A stretch of 63,728 bases of DNA, filler included, from Klebsormidium nitens (lineage: Eukaryota > Plantae > Klebsormidiophyceae), in the NCBI GenBank assembly GCA_000708835.1. It is 7 parts of 7 records of this genome, joined end to end, with 100 filler letters (N's around TTAATTAATTAA, not from the genome) between each part and the next. Parts side by side here need not be neighbours in the genome. Positions count along the whole stretch, not along the records: positions 62,258 to 63,728 come from DF238229.1; 6 more parts are not named here. One strand, written 5' to 3'. Shown piece after piece: positions 62,158-63,728 of this stretch (position 1 is its first letter; each line of letters opens with the position of its first letter). The translations under genes were made by a program, and so were the position numbers. Below the pieces are notes generated by a model. The model searched no databases and was not told the DNA's origin. It saw nothing but the letters and a program-made list of their open reading frames with translations.

Positions 62158-63477
62158 NNNNNNNNNNNNNNNNNNNNNNNNNNNNNNNNNNNNNNNNNNN
62201 NTTAATTAATTAANNNNNNNNNNNNNNNNNNNNNNNNNNNNNNNNNNNNNNNNNNNNAACGATCGGAGCCGATTGGAGGAGTGGATCCATTCGAAGATGG
62301 AGGGGAAGGAAGCGGAACGGAACAAAGCGGTGAGCGGAACGGAACGGAGATCGGAAGTGGAACTGGGACCAAAAGCGGAGTTGAAAGCGGATTTGGCAAC
62401 GGGATCGACATGTCGCTTATGAGGATCGGTCGAAGAGTTATGAGGTGCGTCCGGGTGCGTCCAAAGAACGTTTAGAAGCGGCCGAAACGTTTGAAAGCGG
62501 CCAAAGAGCGGACAGTGTCGTCCGAAGCTGACAGAAACGAGGAGCGGACTATAGAGAGGCAAATCTCCGAGACGGGTGTTTTGCAATCGATGGAAGAGGG
62601 TGCAGGTGCTTCGGACGGCGATAAATCTATTCTTGGGGGGGTACGATCGCGGGGCGTCAAAAGACGGGACGGGGAGAAGCCGGGAGGGTTGAAGCCGGGT
62701 AATCCGCGGGAGACCGGAAGGTGAATTGGAGAGACTAAAAGCTGATCGGGCAATTGCACACAATAAAACGGAGGGTTTGAGCCGGGTTTGGAAACTGACG
62801 GCGCTGAGGAAGTTCCAATGAAGCACGGAGGAGGGGGGAACGACCGCCGGGCGTTGCTTCAAAAAAGTGTTGCGATTGCAGGTCTGTTTACCCTCCAGCT
62901 GCAAGGGAGTGTACAGTAGAATTGAGGACGCAGCCTTCGGAGCTCATAGGCATATGGTGTGTAGTACAAGGTATTCCTTCATTCATCTCCTCAGACAATT
63001 TGATTCAATCAACATCTATTGTGATATGTCATGTTTGCTTCGCGAGTAAAGTGCGCATGCGTTGTGGCAGACTCATTTGATCAACTTTTGAACTCGATCG
63101 TTCAGGTCGTACTATAGAATCATGTTAGAAATGCTTGTGCCGGCTTGTGTCTGTCATACCTATTTGTGCAAACTTGATAGGTGCGCGCGAGTCATACATG
63201 TTTCATTCCTGTTCCGGATTAACATGCATCGACATGAATTTATTTACATACACACATTAGTATGATTCCGGGCTTTTGGCAAGGAGAAGGTCTCGATCGC
63301 CGAGCTGCGCTTGCGCATGGATTTAAATGTGGATGCCAGATTTCTTACAAGTGCAGCATTGTGAACGTACGTACAGCGTTTTGGATAGCTCGTCTGCAAT
63401 TACTCTATGGCCGGCAAACGGGGATGGTCATGTCCTGGGGCTCTTGGCCGGTTATTGTCCTTCCCCGCTAATCATTC

Positions 63478-63728
63478 TGCTGCCCGATCTTTGTTGCCCG
63501 ATCTTTGTTGCCCGATCGCGGCCGATCTTGTTGCCCGATCATCTTCGCTGCCCGGACACGACTTTGCTGCCCTGTGTTTGTTGCCCGGCCAGCGCCGTTC
63601 TTCTCGGGGCACCCGCCTTGCTTGGTCATTCTGCAAGTCCGGGCATGACAACCTGAATTTCTTTGCCCGGTCATGTGTCCGGGCAGGGATCTTGCATGTC
63701 CGGGCAGGACACCGGAAGCGCGGGCAGC
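63478..63728. repeat. Short tandem and inverted motif array (TGCCCG core)
   Basis: A 14-bp unit TGCCCGATCTTTGT occurs about three times from 63481, with further TGCCC(G) copies. The reverse-orientation CCGGGCA recurs from 63639. Confidence 0.6.

Noticed and set aside
13365-62257. TTAATTAATTAA palindromes within N runs
   Set aside because: Identical 44N-12-44N layout six times: an artificial six-frame-stop linker, not biology.
63481-63545. CRISPR-like array
   Set aside because: Eukaryotic context, 14-bp head-to-tail units and no unique spacers.
1-63728. tRNA, rRNA or telomere arrays
   Set aside because: I found no cloverleaf with A/B boxes, no rRNA signature and no tandem telomeric tract by eye; a covariance-model scan was not run.

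Overview
Eukaryotic genomic DNA, not prokaryotic. It is seven contigs joined by artificial 100-nt spacers (44 N + TTAATTAATTAA + 44 N), so gene order across spacers is not evidence of linkage. GC-rich exons, GT-AG introns and plant-type proteins alongside a centrin-binding Sfi1-repeat protein suggest a streptophyte alga, Klebsormidium-like (inference). Contigs 1-2 (1-39114) are gene-rich: an intronless FkbM-type methyltransferase, listerin/LTN1, a conserved RS-rich plant protein, a GPI-anchored fasciclin protein, an Sfi1-repeat protein and an LRAT/NC-domain protein. I hand-built splice models for these and the exon phases are consistent. Contigs 3-7 are accessory or repeat DNA: (a) a LINE with APE-RT-RNase H, a poly(A) tail and a 2A/StopGo-like motif ahead of the endonuclease; (b) decayed Ty1/copia pieces with a half-tRNA-type primer site; (c) a decayed HUH-endonuclease (Replitron-like) Rep; (d) a decayed OTU protease; (e) an intronless GC-rich nucleocytovirus-type SF2 helicase with N-terminal UIM-like motifs plus a convergent small membrane ORF. 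The strongest unexplained pattern is that introns repeatedly carry decayed copies of the adjacent splice junction, mostly 160-175 bp away. All family assignments rest on motif recognition by eye; no searches were run.
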